A stretch of DNA of 64,000 nucleotides from positions 45,163 to 109,162 of the IMG/VR virus record IMGVR_UViG_3300018495_000088; one strand, written 5' to 3'. The translations under genes and the position numbers were made by a program. The notes beneath the pieces are model-generated. The model worked only from the letters and a program-made list of their open reading frames with translations. It was not told the origin of the DNA and did no database searches. This DNA is from a virus (lineage: Duplodnaviria > Caudoviricetes). This document shows, one piece after another, positions 27,931 to 38,126 of this stretch (position 1 is the stretch's first letter; each line of letters begins with the position of its first letter).

Positions 27931-30771
27931 ATGGCAAAAAAATATCTTGTACAACACCGCAGAGGCACCATTCAAGAATGGGAAAACGATGCCATTGTCC
28001 CACTTGAGGGTGAGATTGTCATTGAAATTGATTACATCAACTCATTGCACAAACTCAAAATTGGTGACGGTGTGCATTCATATGCGGAGTTAAAATATTT
28101 ACAAGCAGGCGGAGATCCTGTTATTCAAGAATTAATTAAAATTTTGCCCCGTGTTGTTACGGTCACATTGGATGTAAACCGATGGGCAAAGAACGAAAAT
28201 AGTTCAGCTTGTTTCAGTCAGACCGTGGCGTTAGATAAAATAACCTCGCGTAGCCGACTAGACTTGCAACCAGACACAGATATGCTTAATGAATTTAAAG
28301 AACTGGGCGTATCTTTCGTAACTGAAAATCAAAATGGCACTCTTTGGGTGCACTCGGTCGGAGCTAAGCCGACCACTACATATATAATGCAGGCTACAAT
28401 TGTCGAAACTGAAGTAGAGGTAGAGCTTGAGAAGATAGTCGGTACGCCGATTGGAGTTACAAATCCTCATAAGCAACCCGACTGGAACCAAGCCGATCCT
28501 ACACAGCTAGACTTTATATATAATAAACCTATCTTTGGCGGATTTGCGTTCAAAGATGTGATAACTTGGGCAGATCTCCCAGAGGATGTTCGGGCGGCTT
28601 TAGATAAAGCTAATTCAGCGTTGCAGCCTTACACGGAGTCTGACCCGACCGTGCCCGCTTGGGCGAAGAATCCTACCAAGCCCACATACGCTGTTAATGA
28701 AATTGCTGGAGCTCTCGCATATACTCGGCAAGAGCTTACCGAGGAGCAGAAAGCACAGGTGCGTTCTAATATCGGCGCAGGCGCGAGCAGTTTCTCTGGT
28801 GATTATAATGATTTGATTAATAAACCTTTTATTCCCTCCGTAGATGGATTAGTGACAAGGGAATATGTCGATGAAGAGCTTAGTTATAAGGTGGATAAAG
28901 TTTCGGGTAAAGGATTGTCTACGAATGACTTCACAAATGCCTATAAGAAGAAAATAGATTCGGCATTACAGTCGTATACCGAGTCTGATCCCACCGTTCC
29001 CTCTTGGGCAAAAGCTTCGGAAAAACCTACATATACGGCAAATGAGGTGGGAGCAATTTCGTATAATACCGCCCAGAATTTAACTGAGGCTCAAAAGGCC
29101 CAAGCAAGAGCTAATCTCGGCACGACTATTGGAACTCCCGCGCCTCCAGGTGAGGATGGATACTCTCCGAGCGCAAAGGTAATAAAGACTGGGAAAACTG
29201 CAACTATAACAATCACCGATAAAACAGGCACCACAACAGCAAGTGTAAGTGACGGTGCAGATGGTGTAGATGGTGCAGACGGTACTTCCGTAGCCATTGA
29301 AAGTATTACCGAAAGTGACGTGGACGGCGGATTAAATGTTGTAACTTTCTCAGATGGCAAGACGCTGACAATTAAAAATGGTTCTAGCGGCGTGGGCTCC
29401 GATGGTAACGATGGCGAGAACGGTATAAGTCCTACGGTTGCGGTTAGCAAAATAGGAACCACAACTACTATTGCTATCACAGATGTTAACGGCACTCAAA
29501 CAGCGACTATTAACGACGGTGAAAAAGGAGAGGACGGACAATCATGTACTCACTCTTGGAATGGTACGACTCTTACTGTAACATCTGCAAGCGGAACATC
29601 CTCTGCAAATCTTAAGGGAGAGAGCGGTACATCTGTTGTCGTTAGCAACGTCTCTACTTCTTCTGTGGATGGTGGATCTAATGTTGTAACATTTTCAGAT
29701 GGCAATACTTTGACTATTAAGAATGGACAAAGAGGATCCGATGGTTCATCTATTTCTATCTCATCGATTGAAGAGGTTGGTGGCTATCAAGAGGGAAAAG
29801 TCATTCTTGGTGTAGAAAAAATAACTTCCGATACCTATGCGAATGGAGTTACCTATGTAGACGAAAAGTTTATTCTACTTGACATCTATCCGAAACCCAA
29901 CGGTACGGTTATGGTTACCTACGGCGGGCTAACAAAGACGATTACTGATACAAGTGGGGCGGAAAGCCCGAGTGCACAACGAGTATTCTTCGGCACTTTC
30001 AATGGTGTCTCAGATGAAGTGATAACCCCTACATCAGGCAGATTGACGATTGAGGGTGATTATAATAGTTTTGGCTGTGGTGTCTTTTACTCTTCTGGAC
30101 AAGTATCTACTGCGGGTTCTTGCGTGATAGCAGTCATAAATTGTGGACACATTAAATTTATTCCAGACAACGCATTTTCCGATTGCAAAAAGCTAACAGA
30201 CATAGAAATTCCGTATGATGTAGAGATGATCGGCCATATGGCATTTGCAAATTGTACTAGCCTTAAGAATGTAAAACTCCCTGATAGTGTGGCGCATATT
30301 GGAGTTATGGCGTTCTGTAATTGCACAAGCCTATCAAGTATTGTAATTCCAGCCAGCGTAACAATTATTGAGATGTTCGCTTTTGTTCTTGATTCAGGTT
30401 ATAGTAGAACTGTTTTTATGAAATCTACCATTCCCCCGACTTTTCCTGATGGGGAATTTGGTCAGTTTGCCACAGATGGTACACATAAAATTGTAGTACC
30501 TTATGGTTACGCCGAAATATATAAAACCACAAGTGATTGGAGCGGATATGCGAACTACATCATTGAAGGTGATACTAATAATATTTTTGCCGAAGACGAT
30601 GGTAGTGCTAATATCATAACATTTTCTGATGGTAAAACTTTGACTATTAAGAATGGTACAAAAGGATCTACTCCTATTAGGGGCGTAGATTATTATACCG
30701 AGGCAGATAAACAAGAAATGATTAATCTTGTTCTTGCCGCACTTCCTGAGTGGAAGGGAGGTAGTTACTAA
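27931..30771 (+). CDS. Fibre protein with Mtd-N/hyaluronidase-N-like anchor, collagen-like segments and BspA-type LRR domain (946 aa)
   Basis: RRGT..EW...PLEGEI...KLKIGDGVHSYAELKY N-terminus; ESDPTVP.WAK (2x); NVVTFSDGKTLTIKNG-like (3x); IG.MAF.NCTSL..V.LPDSV LRR; ends EWKGGSY. Confidence 0.75.
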   Translation: MAKKYLVQHRRGTIQEWENDAIVPLEGEIVIEIDYINSLHKLKIGDGVHSYAELKYLQAGGDPVIQELIKILPRVVTVTLDVNRWAKNENSSACFSQTVALDKITSRSRLDLQPDTDMLNEFKELGVSFVTENQNGTLWVHSVGAKPTTTYIMQATIVETEVEVELEKIVGTPIGVTNPHKQPDWNQADPTQLDFIYNKPIFGGFAFKDVITWADLPEDVRAALDKANSALQPYTESDPTVPAWAKNPTKPTYAVNEIAGALAYTRQELTEEQKAQVRSNIGAGASSFSGDYNDLINKPFIPSVDGLVTREYVDEELSYKVDKVSGKGLSTNDFTNAYKKKIDSALQSYTESDPTVPSWAKASEKPTYTANEVGAISYNTAQNLTEAQKAQARANLGTTIGTPAPPGEDGYSPSAKVIKTGKTATITITDKTGTTTASVSDGADGVDGADGTSVAIESITESDVDGGLNVVTFSDGKTLTIKNGSSGVGSDGNDGENGISPTVAVSKIGTTTTIAITDVNGTQTATINDGEKGEDGQSCTHSWNGTTLTVTSASGTSSANLKGESGTSVVVSNVSTSSVDGGSNVVTFSDGNTLTIKNGQRGSDGSSISISSIEEVGGYQEGKVILGVEKITSDTYANGVTYVDEKFILLDIYPKPNGTVMVTYGGLTKTITDTSGAESPSAQRVFFGTFNGVSDEVITPTSGRLTIEGDYNSFGCGVFYSSGQVSTAGSCVIAVINCGHIKFIPDNAFSDCKKLTDIEIPYDVEMIGHMAFANCTSLKNVKLPDSVAHIGVMAFCNCTSLSSIVIPASVTIIEMFAFVLDSGYSRTVFMKSTIPPTFPDGEFGQFATDGTHKIVVPYGYAEIYKTTSDWSGYANYIIEGDTNNIFAEDDGSANIITFSDGKTLTIKNGTKGSTPIRGVDYYTEADKQEMINLVLAALPEWKGGSY

Positions 30772-31907
30772 TGGCATTACCTAGTGGATATACACAAATT
30801 GAATATATTCAAAGTACGGGAACGCAGTATATCGATACAGGCGTCATCCCAAATCAAAATACTTGCATTGTTTGTAAGGGAAGACTTATTGCCAGCGATG
30901 ATGATAATTATCTTTTTGGTTCAAGTGGTTTTAATAATTCGCAACAATTTTATTTTGGAACTCATGTAAATAATTACGGAGAAAGCACACACTATTGCGG
31001 ATATGGTGCAGAAGTAAAGTGGTTTCCTGATTCATATATTACTCATGGTGCTATAACTCTTTTTACTAATTCGCAAACTTGGTTTTTCGACAGCGATTCG
31101 CTAAGCGAAACGATATCGTTTGTCCCCACAACATTCGTAGGAGCTGGAAGTATTTATCTTTTTGCTTGTAATTTCGGAGATAGTTTGGATTACCTTCAAT
31201 ATGGCAAAGCTACGATTTATTCATTTACTATTATTAGCAATGGCACAGTTCTTCGTGAGTTTATTCCTTGTGTTGATTTAAATGGCGTTGCGGGGATGTA
31301 TGATACGATAAATGGCGAATTTTATACCGACGTGGCAGGAGGGTCTTTTATAGCGGGTGAGCCAACTGAATTTAAGGTTGTTAATTCTGCAAGACTTAAC
31401 GGTGCAATAAAAGCTTCTGCTGATACCATTAGATTGAAAACTGATGGCGTAAATCAAATTTTATGGAATGAATTAACTGGGTTTGCAGATGCTATTGGAT
31501 CTATTATAGCTGCAAAAGACTCTAAAATTGCTACGGGAACAATTAAATCCGAATCGGATACTGAATTTGTTGTTAGTGGTTTAGGATTTGCGCCAACTCG
31601 AATAGCTGTGTATTTAAATGATTTAGTAGGTATTTCGGATAGTGAATTAGAAAGTGGTTATTTTGAAGAAATACCTATTTATATGTTGCGTAATTTGTCT
31701 GGTGGGGTTTTTGGAAGTAATCTCACACAGGTGCTCTTTTTATCAATTGAATATGTAGAAGAAGTAGATGATTCGGGTGATACTTATGAGTATCCATATA
31801 TTAACGGAAATTTTTATGCCAGACAGAATCAAATCACCCTCACAGAGGATGGATTTATAGTGGATATTCCAAGGAATGCACGATATGGCTATATTGCAAT
31901 AGGCTGA
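30771..31907 (+). CDS. Fibre-tip/adhesin protein (378 aa)
   Basis: TAATG coupling; LPSGYTQIEYIQSTGTQYIDTG domain shared with 22756..25797; internal ADTIRLKT...GFADAIGSI motif. Confidence 0.6.
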   Translation: MALPSGYTQIEYIQSTGTQYIDTGVIPNQNTCIVCKGRLIASDDDNYLFGSSGFNNSQQFYFGTHVNNYGESTHYCGYGAEVKWFPDSYITHGAITLFTNSQTWFFDSDSLSETISFVPTTFVGAGSIYLFACNFGDSLDYLQYGKATIYSFTIISNGTVLREFIPCVDLNGVAGMYDTINGEFYTDVAGGSFIAGEPTEFKVVNSARLNGAIKASADTIRLKTDGVNQILWNELTGFADAIGSIIAAKDSKIATGTIKSESDTEFVVSGLGFAPTRIAVYLNDLVGISDSELESGYFEEIPIYMLRNLSGGVFGSNLTQVLFLSIEYVEEVDDSGDTYEYPYINGNFYARQNQITLTEDGFIVDIPRNARYGYIAIG

Positions 31908-31918
31908 GGTAATATATA

Positions 31919-32173
31919 ATGAAATATTATAAACAATTAAATAAAAACAATGAAGTCGTTGCCCTCTTAACTTATGATTTCGAGCCAAATATTACTGACA
32001 GCTTGATGATTAGAATAACCGCAGAAGAGTACGAAAATATCGACGAAGAGTGGAGAGCAAATGCAAAAATTGAAATTTCTCCCAAAGTAGTGGGGCGACG
32101 TGTAAGAGAAATGGAAAAATTTCTTAAAGCAAAGGCTTATGATGCTGTATCAGAGCAAACAAATGAAATATAA
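31919..32173 (+). CDS. Small fibre-associated protein (84 aa)
   Basis: GAGGT RBS; ITAEEYE motif often seen in small genes following fibre tips. Confidence 0.55.
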   Translation: MKYYKQLNKNNEVVALLTYDFEPNITDSLMIRITAEEYENIDEEWRANAKIEISPKVVGRRVREMEKFLKAKAYDAVSEQTNEI

Positions 32174-32210
32174 ATAATTTTAATCAAACGATTATGAAAG
32201 GAGCGATAAT

Positions 32211-32600
32211 ATGATTCGGGGAGCAACTACATGTTTTAAATTCGAGCTACCATATGAATTTGAACAAATTTACTCGGTTAAAATTATGTTTTGGCAAGAC
32301 CACAATGATGGCCCTTCGGAGAGCCGCCCTTTGCCAATTATTAAAACAAAATCTCATTGTTTCCAAACGGCTAGAAATGAGTTAGCCGTTAATTTAACAC
32401 CCGAGGAAACGCTGAGATTCTCCGATGAGCGAAAGGCGTATCGTCAGTTATCTGCGGTGGCGGCTGATGGATCGAGATTTTTGAGCCATGAGGAAATGTT
32501 TACAGTTTATCCTGCAAAAGATGAAATTGTGGATGACGATGATATTATTCTCCCGCCTGAAGACGATGGATTCATTATTTTAGATGGTGGTCGTATTTAA
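32211..32600 (+). CDS. Small BppU-like anchor protein (129 aa)
   Basis: AAAGGAG RBS; MIRGATT.F.FELP start; LAVNLTPEETLRF; ends IILDGGRI. Confidence 0.55.
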   Translation: MIRGATTCFKFELPYEFEQIYSVKIMFWQDHNDGPSESRPLPIIKTKSHCFQTARNELAVNLTPEETLRFSDERKAYRQLSAVAADGSRFLSHEEMFTVYPAKDEIVDDDDIILPPEDDGFIILDGGRI

Positions 32601-32612
32601 AAGGAGGCAAAA

Positions 32613-35600
32613 ATGATGATAGATGAAACACAAGATATTATAGTGGTTAACGAGCCTTCTTATGTTGAAGAAACAACAAAGGTGGAATTGCCCGACCCAA
32701 TTGTCACTAAGACAGAAGAAGCTTTTCCACCTTTGGGTATACCTAATGAGCAGTTAAAGCATACGCTTTTAACAGAACTTGAGGTAGATGACCAGCATCC
32801 GATAGAGGCAGTCACGGGACTGAGGACAGCTATTGACGAGATTAATTCTTTAAAGTCTATTTATTCGGACGGCACGGGAACTGCTGATTACTATGAATGG
32901 GCTGGCGATCCTCGTGATGCTGTAGGTTATTTTGTTAGTCTTGTGCCTCATAGCTCAATGATTAAGATTTGTAATGGCAAAAACATCTTTGGTGTTACCG
33001 TAGATAGGGCTGGTTTTATTGGACACGAGGGATTCGTGGAGGTTGAGCAACGTGATGGAGTTACAAGAAAAGTACGCGTCGGGCGTGACGAGCAGTACGC
33101 CCTTGTTGCGACTTCTGGCTTCGTTGAGGTAAGATGCGAGGTTGATGTTGCAGAGGGCGATTATGTTATCTCAAATGAATTCGGCAAGGCACAAAAGGCG
33201 AGATCTGAATACGGATATAAGGTTATTGACTTAGAAACCAAGCACGACATTAAGTATGCGGTTATAGCGCTGGGTGTTCAGGCTGATATTACCGAAGATA
33301 TTGGGCGCGATTTAATGGATTTAAACGAGCGCATGAGTGACGCCGAAAAGAATATTACATCTTTGGCGGCGGCATTGGAGGACAATACTGACGAGATAGA
33401 TGAGCTCAAAGAAGACGTTTCTCAGCTCCAAGAGCTCGACACTCAAGTGAAAAATGCGGCGTTAACTGCAGCTCAAGCAAAAGCTATTGCTGCAAGTGCA
33501 GTTGCTAGCGCTGAAACTTGGCGTAATGAAGCCGTAGAAGAAGCAAATAAGGCGTTTTCTGAGGCAGTTAAAGTAAGAGAAGAATTTGAAAAAGAAACAT
33601 CCGATATGAAGAAGGGTCTGGAGACTGCCTCTTTAGAACTTCAAGAAGCCAAAGAGGATTTGTGGCGAGAACAAGGTAAAATGCAGAATAGCCTTAATGA
33701 TGTAGACGACTATTTTAGAGGTATGCGCCACGATTTAATTCCCTTGTATTCTTGGAGCGGAGAAGAAGGAGAATCTATTGCTGGATTTGTAAGCCAGGCG
33801 GATGCCGACAGAGCAGTTCTGGGCGGGATCGTTGAATGGAAAAATGGCGAGGGTGTAAACTCACTGGCTGGTTATGTTGCAGAAGCAACGGGTGAATACG
33901 CTACAGTAAAAGAGTTAGCCGAATATAAATTTAAAGATGAGACAGGCAAAGAGTATACGGCTACTGCTGCATTGGATGCATATGCCAAAGCAAATGAGGC
34001 GGCAATTAATGCAATAGTAGGCATCGATGGCAGTCTTGCTGGACTTACAAGTAGGGTTGATAAGAATACTTCGTCCGTTACAACTCTAGCTTCGCATATC
34101 ATTGGTGATTATGTTTCTATTGGAGCCTGGGACGAAAAGAAGGCTGAAGTTGGTAATATTTATTATGGAACTGTTGACGATAGAATTGTATATTATTATC
34201 ACAATGGCACAGAGTGGAAGTCAGCGGCAAGCATAGCTTCGATTACCTCCATAGATAAAAGTCTTGTTTATTATGTACCTAGTAATAAATTATATTACTA
34301 TTATAAAGATGGAACTTGGCAAAGTACTGAGAAATCCTACGAGGCAGGTCTCGGTGGCTCTATCGCGGGTGTTCAACAGACTGCTGACGAGAATAGTGCT
34401 AAGATTGAGATGATTACTAGTCTTGAGGGCGAATTCGGAGAAGCCATAGCTGGACTTGTTACTGTAAGTGGCGAAGACAGAGCCGAGCTCGATGCTTTGG
34501 CTCAGTATGGCTATATAGACGAAAATGGAGAAAAACATTGCGGTGCCGCAGGCATTATGGCTGAGGTTGATAAAAACAAAGCAGCCATTGAAGCGATTGC
34601 GGGCATAGATGGTGATATTGCAGGATTTAAAGCACAAGTAGATAAGAACTCTTCTTATGCTACTATGCTCGCAGAAAGAGTTATGGGAACATGTGTTACC
34701 ATTCCTTTAACTAATGATAGCTTAAGTAAAGACACCTCGACTGTATATTATGACAGTTCGGCAAATTTATATTGGTATTATGCTGGTGGAAAATGGAATA
34801 GTACTTCGAACTGGGGCACGATTGCAAGTGCCGCTTTGAGCACTAGCGAGGTTTACTATGTTGTTGGTTCAAAGCTGTATTGGTATTATAAAGATGGTAC
34901 CTGGAAGAGTAATACAAGTGCTTATGATGCTGGTCTGTCCGCTACAATTGGTGGCATTCAGGTTGAGACCGACGAGAACTCAGCTAAGATCGATCAATTG
35001 ACTTCTTGGCAAGGAGATACGAATAGTTCTCTTACACTTATTAGACAAAAGTCAGATGCTAATGGAGCTTCTATTCAGCTTTTGGCGGCTAATATTGATA
35101 AGCATAGCGTTGGCGAACGTTCACAGGCTAATGGGTTTACACTAGAACAAGCCATAGACATATTAGAGCCAGGTGCGGTTTATGTGCCCACAATCGATCA
35201 TACTGAGACGTATACAAAGTCTGACGGCAGTGTGGTCACTTATTCTTTTACTAAAGGCAACTCGTATGAATGGGTTGATACTGGCACATGGAATGAATCT
35301 ATTGGAAAGGTTATCTTTTTTGCTACCCCTCCTGCGGGAACTGCTTATGAATTTTGGTATAAAAATAGTGCTTCCTCTGATGGTTATGAGGGATACACAT
35401 TATATAAACCTGACTCGTCCCAAAACTGGGTTTCCGTAGCTTCTCTTAAGGGTAGTGCTAGTAACAGAGCGGTCAGTCAAATTAGACAGGATGCAAATAG
35501 TATTGCGCTCGAAGTAACTAACGCCCGAGGCAGTGCTGCTACATTGGGTGCTCGTCTTACTGAAACCGAAGCTGAAGTTCAAAGTGTTGCTGCTTGGTCA

Positions 35601-38126
35601 AAAGATGTTAATGGCAACCAATATAACTTGGCAACTATCAAACAGACCGCAGACAGCGCAGGCGCAAGTATTGCCCAAGTCGTGACGGCAGTTGGTAAAG
35701 ATGGCGAGGTTAATGCTTCGACTATTGTACAAGCAGTTAATGAAGATGGTTCGGGTGTGTTTATTAATGCCGATCATATCCAATTTGAGGGATTTGTAAG
35801 CTTTGCAAATAAATCTGAGACGGTATTTTCTACTCAGGTAGAATATGCATTGTCAAGTTCAAGCTCCGCATTTGTTGCACTTACAGAATGGTCTACTTCT
35901 GCTCCTACGTGGCGAGCTGATGCTTATATGTGGCAGAGAACCGTTATTACCAAGGGTGATGGGTCGGTGGTTACATCTAATCCGACTTGTATACAAGGAG
36001 CTAAGGGCGAGGACGGTACAGGAGTATCGATTAAAGGTGTTGCATATGTAAATGGCGTCGTTGGAGACTCTATGATTGGTGGCGTATATGCGATATATAA
36101 AGATAAAAATTTTACAAGTCAAATTACGGGTGCAGTCGATGGAGATTCTTATCTGATTGACGGATATCTATTTGTATATAGTGGCAGTGGAGACGCCTTT
36201 GTTTGCTCTGGTAAAATTCAGGGTGACCAAGGAGAACCTGGAGCGGCTGTTACAGCAGTCGTTAATTATTATATGGCATCTTCTCGAAGTGCTGGTGTTG
36301 CCGCAGGAGATGGTGGCGAGATCGCTGATGAACAATGGACTACGACCATACAGAATATGACCGCAAACAAACCTTATCTGTGGAATTATGAAATAAGTAT
36401 ATATACAGACACCACATCGCAGTCAACTAATCCTGTTATCATAGGTAGATATGGCTCGGATGGTAGAGGTATTGCGGCAATACAAGAGTTTTATTGTATT
36501 AGTGCTAGCACTTCTTGTTCTACGCCTACGGATGCAACATTGAATGCGGCAGGTTCATTTGGTGGAATGGCCATCCCAGATATGTGGTATACCACTTCTC
36601 CTTCGACCACTCAAGCATATAGATATTTGTGGAATTGCGAGAGAATTATTTATACAGACGGAACATCCGAAACTTTCCCGCCTGCCAATATTGGTACACA
36701 CGGCGAACAGGGCGATGCTGGAGTGCCTGTTAAGGAAATACGAAAAGAGTATTATCTGTCAACCTCGAAAACTGCTTGTATTGGTGGCGTATGGGGTACG
36801 GAAATATATAATTTTGCAAATGCAAAAAATAAATATTTGTGGACACGCGATGTAATTGTTTATGCAGACAATACCGAGGAAGAGCAAACTCCTGTATACG
36901 ATCCTACATATACATCAATTGCTCAGTGGTGTATTGAGGAAGGCAAAACCTTGATTGATGGCGCAAATATTGCGACGGGTACGATTGCTGCGGCACAAAT
37001 TGCGGCAAATTCTATTACTGCAGATAAACTTGCAGTAGGGGCTCTTACGGCGGATAGTATTACAGTAAAATCATCGGGTGGTAACACCATATTCCATGCC
37101 AGTACAACAAGTCGTGAGGTTCAGGCAGGAGGCTTTTATATAGATACAAATTCATTGTATTCTCATACTACATTTGCGAACTCTGGTCTTATTTTAAGCA
37201 GCACAGGAACAAACGGTGCTTTTAGTGTTAATGGCAGTACATCTCAAAGCGGATGGAAAATTCTTGCTGGTACTCAGGGTGAAACCACTAAGAATTTTGG
37301 CATTGATAGCAGCGGATATTTATACGCATCGGGTGCGAATGTTTCTGGTACCATCACAGCATCAGAGGGTGAAATAGGTGGATTTACTGTTGGAACCAAT
37401 TCGCTGCGTACTGGAACTAGGAGCTACTTCTATAGCGCACAACCTGATATGATGCCAGGCGTATATATCACCCCAGACTTATCTAAAGAGGCTTCTAGCG
37501 CAATATTTACATCTGCTAATAGTGGAGGAATTAGTTTCGGTACAAACAATGCATCGAGCGGACTTTATTCACAACAGTGTATTTATGCGGGTAGACATGT
37601 TATTAGAGGTAAGATTGGAGCTGCGAAATGGGCGGGCACTACGTTGACCAGTAGTGGACTTTATTTCTTGTATAATACTTCGGGCGATATATCTCCGATA
37701 TACGAAACAAATTATTGTATTGGCCAAATAGTGTGCAACGATGGCAAGGTTACTCTTGAAGGTAGTGCTTGGTATGACAACTCAGGCCTTGCGATTAGTT
37801 CTGCTCGATTATTAAAAGATAATATAGCCTCTCTTGATAATCGTCATTCGGTATTTTTCGACAACTTGATACCTAGGTCGTTTACTTATAAAGATGGCAC
37901 AAGCAATCGCACTCACTATGGTCTTGTAGTTGATGAACTTAAGTCTGCAATGGACGCCGCAGGAATCACGCCCGCAGAATGCGCTGCATATTGTCTTACA
38001 GACCCCGAAAATCCCGATGGAGACGGCGGCATCAGATATTCCGAGCTAATAGCTCTGTGTATTAAAGAGATACAAACACTTAAACAAAAGGTAAAAGAAT
38101 TAGAAAAGGAGAACGCAAATGAATAA
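32613..38126 (+). CDS. Large tail spike/fibre (1837 aa) with N-terminal peptidase-G2-like and C-terminal peptidase-S74-like chaperone domains
   Basis: ADYYEW..D...GYFV...IFGV...AGFIG...G.VEVR...V.EGDYV (G2-like); coiled coil; about 195-aa tandem duplication; IDGANIATGTI; SARLLKDNI...THYGLV...IRYSELIAL.IKEIQ (S74-like). Confidence 0.75.
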   Translation: MMIDETQDIIVVNEPSYVEETTKVELPDPIVTKTEEAFPPLGIPNEQLKHTLLTELEVDDQHPIEAVTGLRTAIDEINSLKSIYSDGTGTADYYEWAGDPRDAVGYFVSLVPHSSMIKICNGKNIFGVTVDRAGFIGHEGFVEVEQRDGVTRKVRVGRDEQYALVATSGFVEVRCEVDVAEGDYVISNEFGKAQKARSEYGYKVIDLETKHDIKYAVIALGVQADITEDIGRDLMDLNERMSDAEKNITSLAAALEDNTDEIDELKEDVSQLQELDTQVKNAALTAAQAKAIAASAVASAETWRNEAVEEANKAFSEAVKVREEFEKETSDMKKGLETASLELQEAKEDLWREQGKMQNSLNDVDDYFRGMRHDLIPLYSWSGEEGESIAGFVSQADADRAVLGGIVEWKNGEGVNSLAGYVAEATGEYATVKELAEYKFKDETGKEYTATAALDAYAKANEAAINAIVGIDGSLAGLTSRVDKNTSSVTTLASHIIGDYVSIGAWDEKKAEVGNIYYGTVDDRIVYYYHNGTEWKSAASIASITSIDKSLVYYVPSNKLYYYYKDGTWQSTEKSYEAGLGGSIAGVQQTADENSAKIEMITSLEGEFGEAIAGLVTVSGEDRAELDALAQYGYIDENGEKHCGAAGIMAEVDKNKAAIEAIAGIDGDIAGFKAQVDKNSSYATMLAERVMGTCVTIPLTNDSLSKDTSTVYYDSSANLYWYYAGGKWNSTSNWGTIASAALSTSEVYYVVGSKLYWYYKDGTWKSNTSAYDAGLSATIGGIQVETDENSAKIDQLTSWQGDTNSSLTLIRQKSDANGASIQLLAANIDKHSVGERSQANGFTLEQAIDILEPGAVYVPTIDHTETYTKSDGSVVTYSFTKGNSYEWVDTGTWNESIGKVIFFATPPAGTAYEFWYKNSASSDGYEGYTLYKPDSSQNWVSVASLKGSASNRAVSQIRQDANSIALEVTNARGSAATLGARLTETEAEVQSVAAWSKDVNGNQYNLATIKQTADSAGASIAQVVTAVGKDGEVNASTIVQAVNEDGSGVFINADHIQFEGFVSFANKSETVFSTQVEYALSSSSSAFVALTEWSTSAPTWRADAYMWQRTVITKGDGSVVTSNPTCIQGAKGEDGTGVSIKGVAYVNGVVGDSMIGGVYAIYKDKNFTSQITGAVDGDSYLIDGYLFVYSGSGDAFVCSGKIQGDQGEPGAAVTAVVNYYMASSRSAGVAAGDGGEIADEQWTTTIQNMTANKPYLWNYEISIYTDTTSQSTNPVIIGRYGSDGRGIAAIQEFYCISASTSCSTPTDATLNAAGSFGGMAIPDMWYTTSPSTTQAYRYLWNCERIIYTDGTSETFPPANIGTHGEQGDAGVPVKEIRKEYYLSTSKTACIGGVWGTEIYNFANAKNKYLWTRDVIVYADNTEEEQTPVYDPTYTSIAQWCIEEGKTLIDGANIATGTIAAAQIAANSITADKLAVGALTADSITVKSSGGNTIFHASTTSREVQAGGFYIDTNSLYSHTTFANSGLILSSTGTNGAFSVNGSTSQSGWKILAGTQGETTKNFGIDSSGYLYASGANVSGTITASEGEIGGFTVGTNSLRTGTRSYFYSAQPDMMPGVYITPDLSKEASSAIFTSANSGGISFGTNNASSGLYSQQCIYAGRHVIRGKIGAAKWAGTTLTSSGLYFLYNTSGDISPIYETNYCIGQIVCNDGKVTLEGSAWYDNSGLAISSARLLKDNIASLDNRHSVFFDNLIPRSFTYKDGTSNRTHYGLVVDELKSAMDAAGITPAECAAYCLTDPENPDGDGGIRYSELIALCIKEIQTLKQKVKELEKENANE

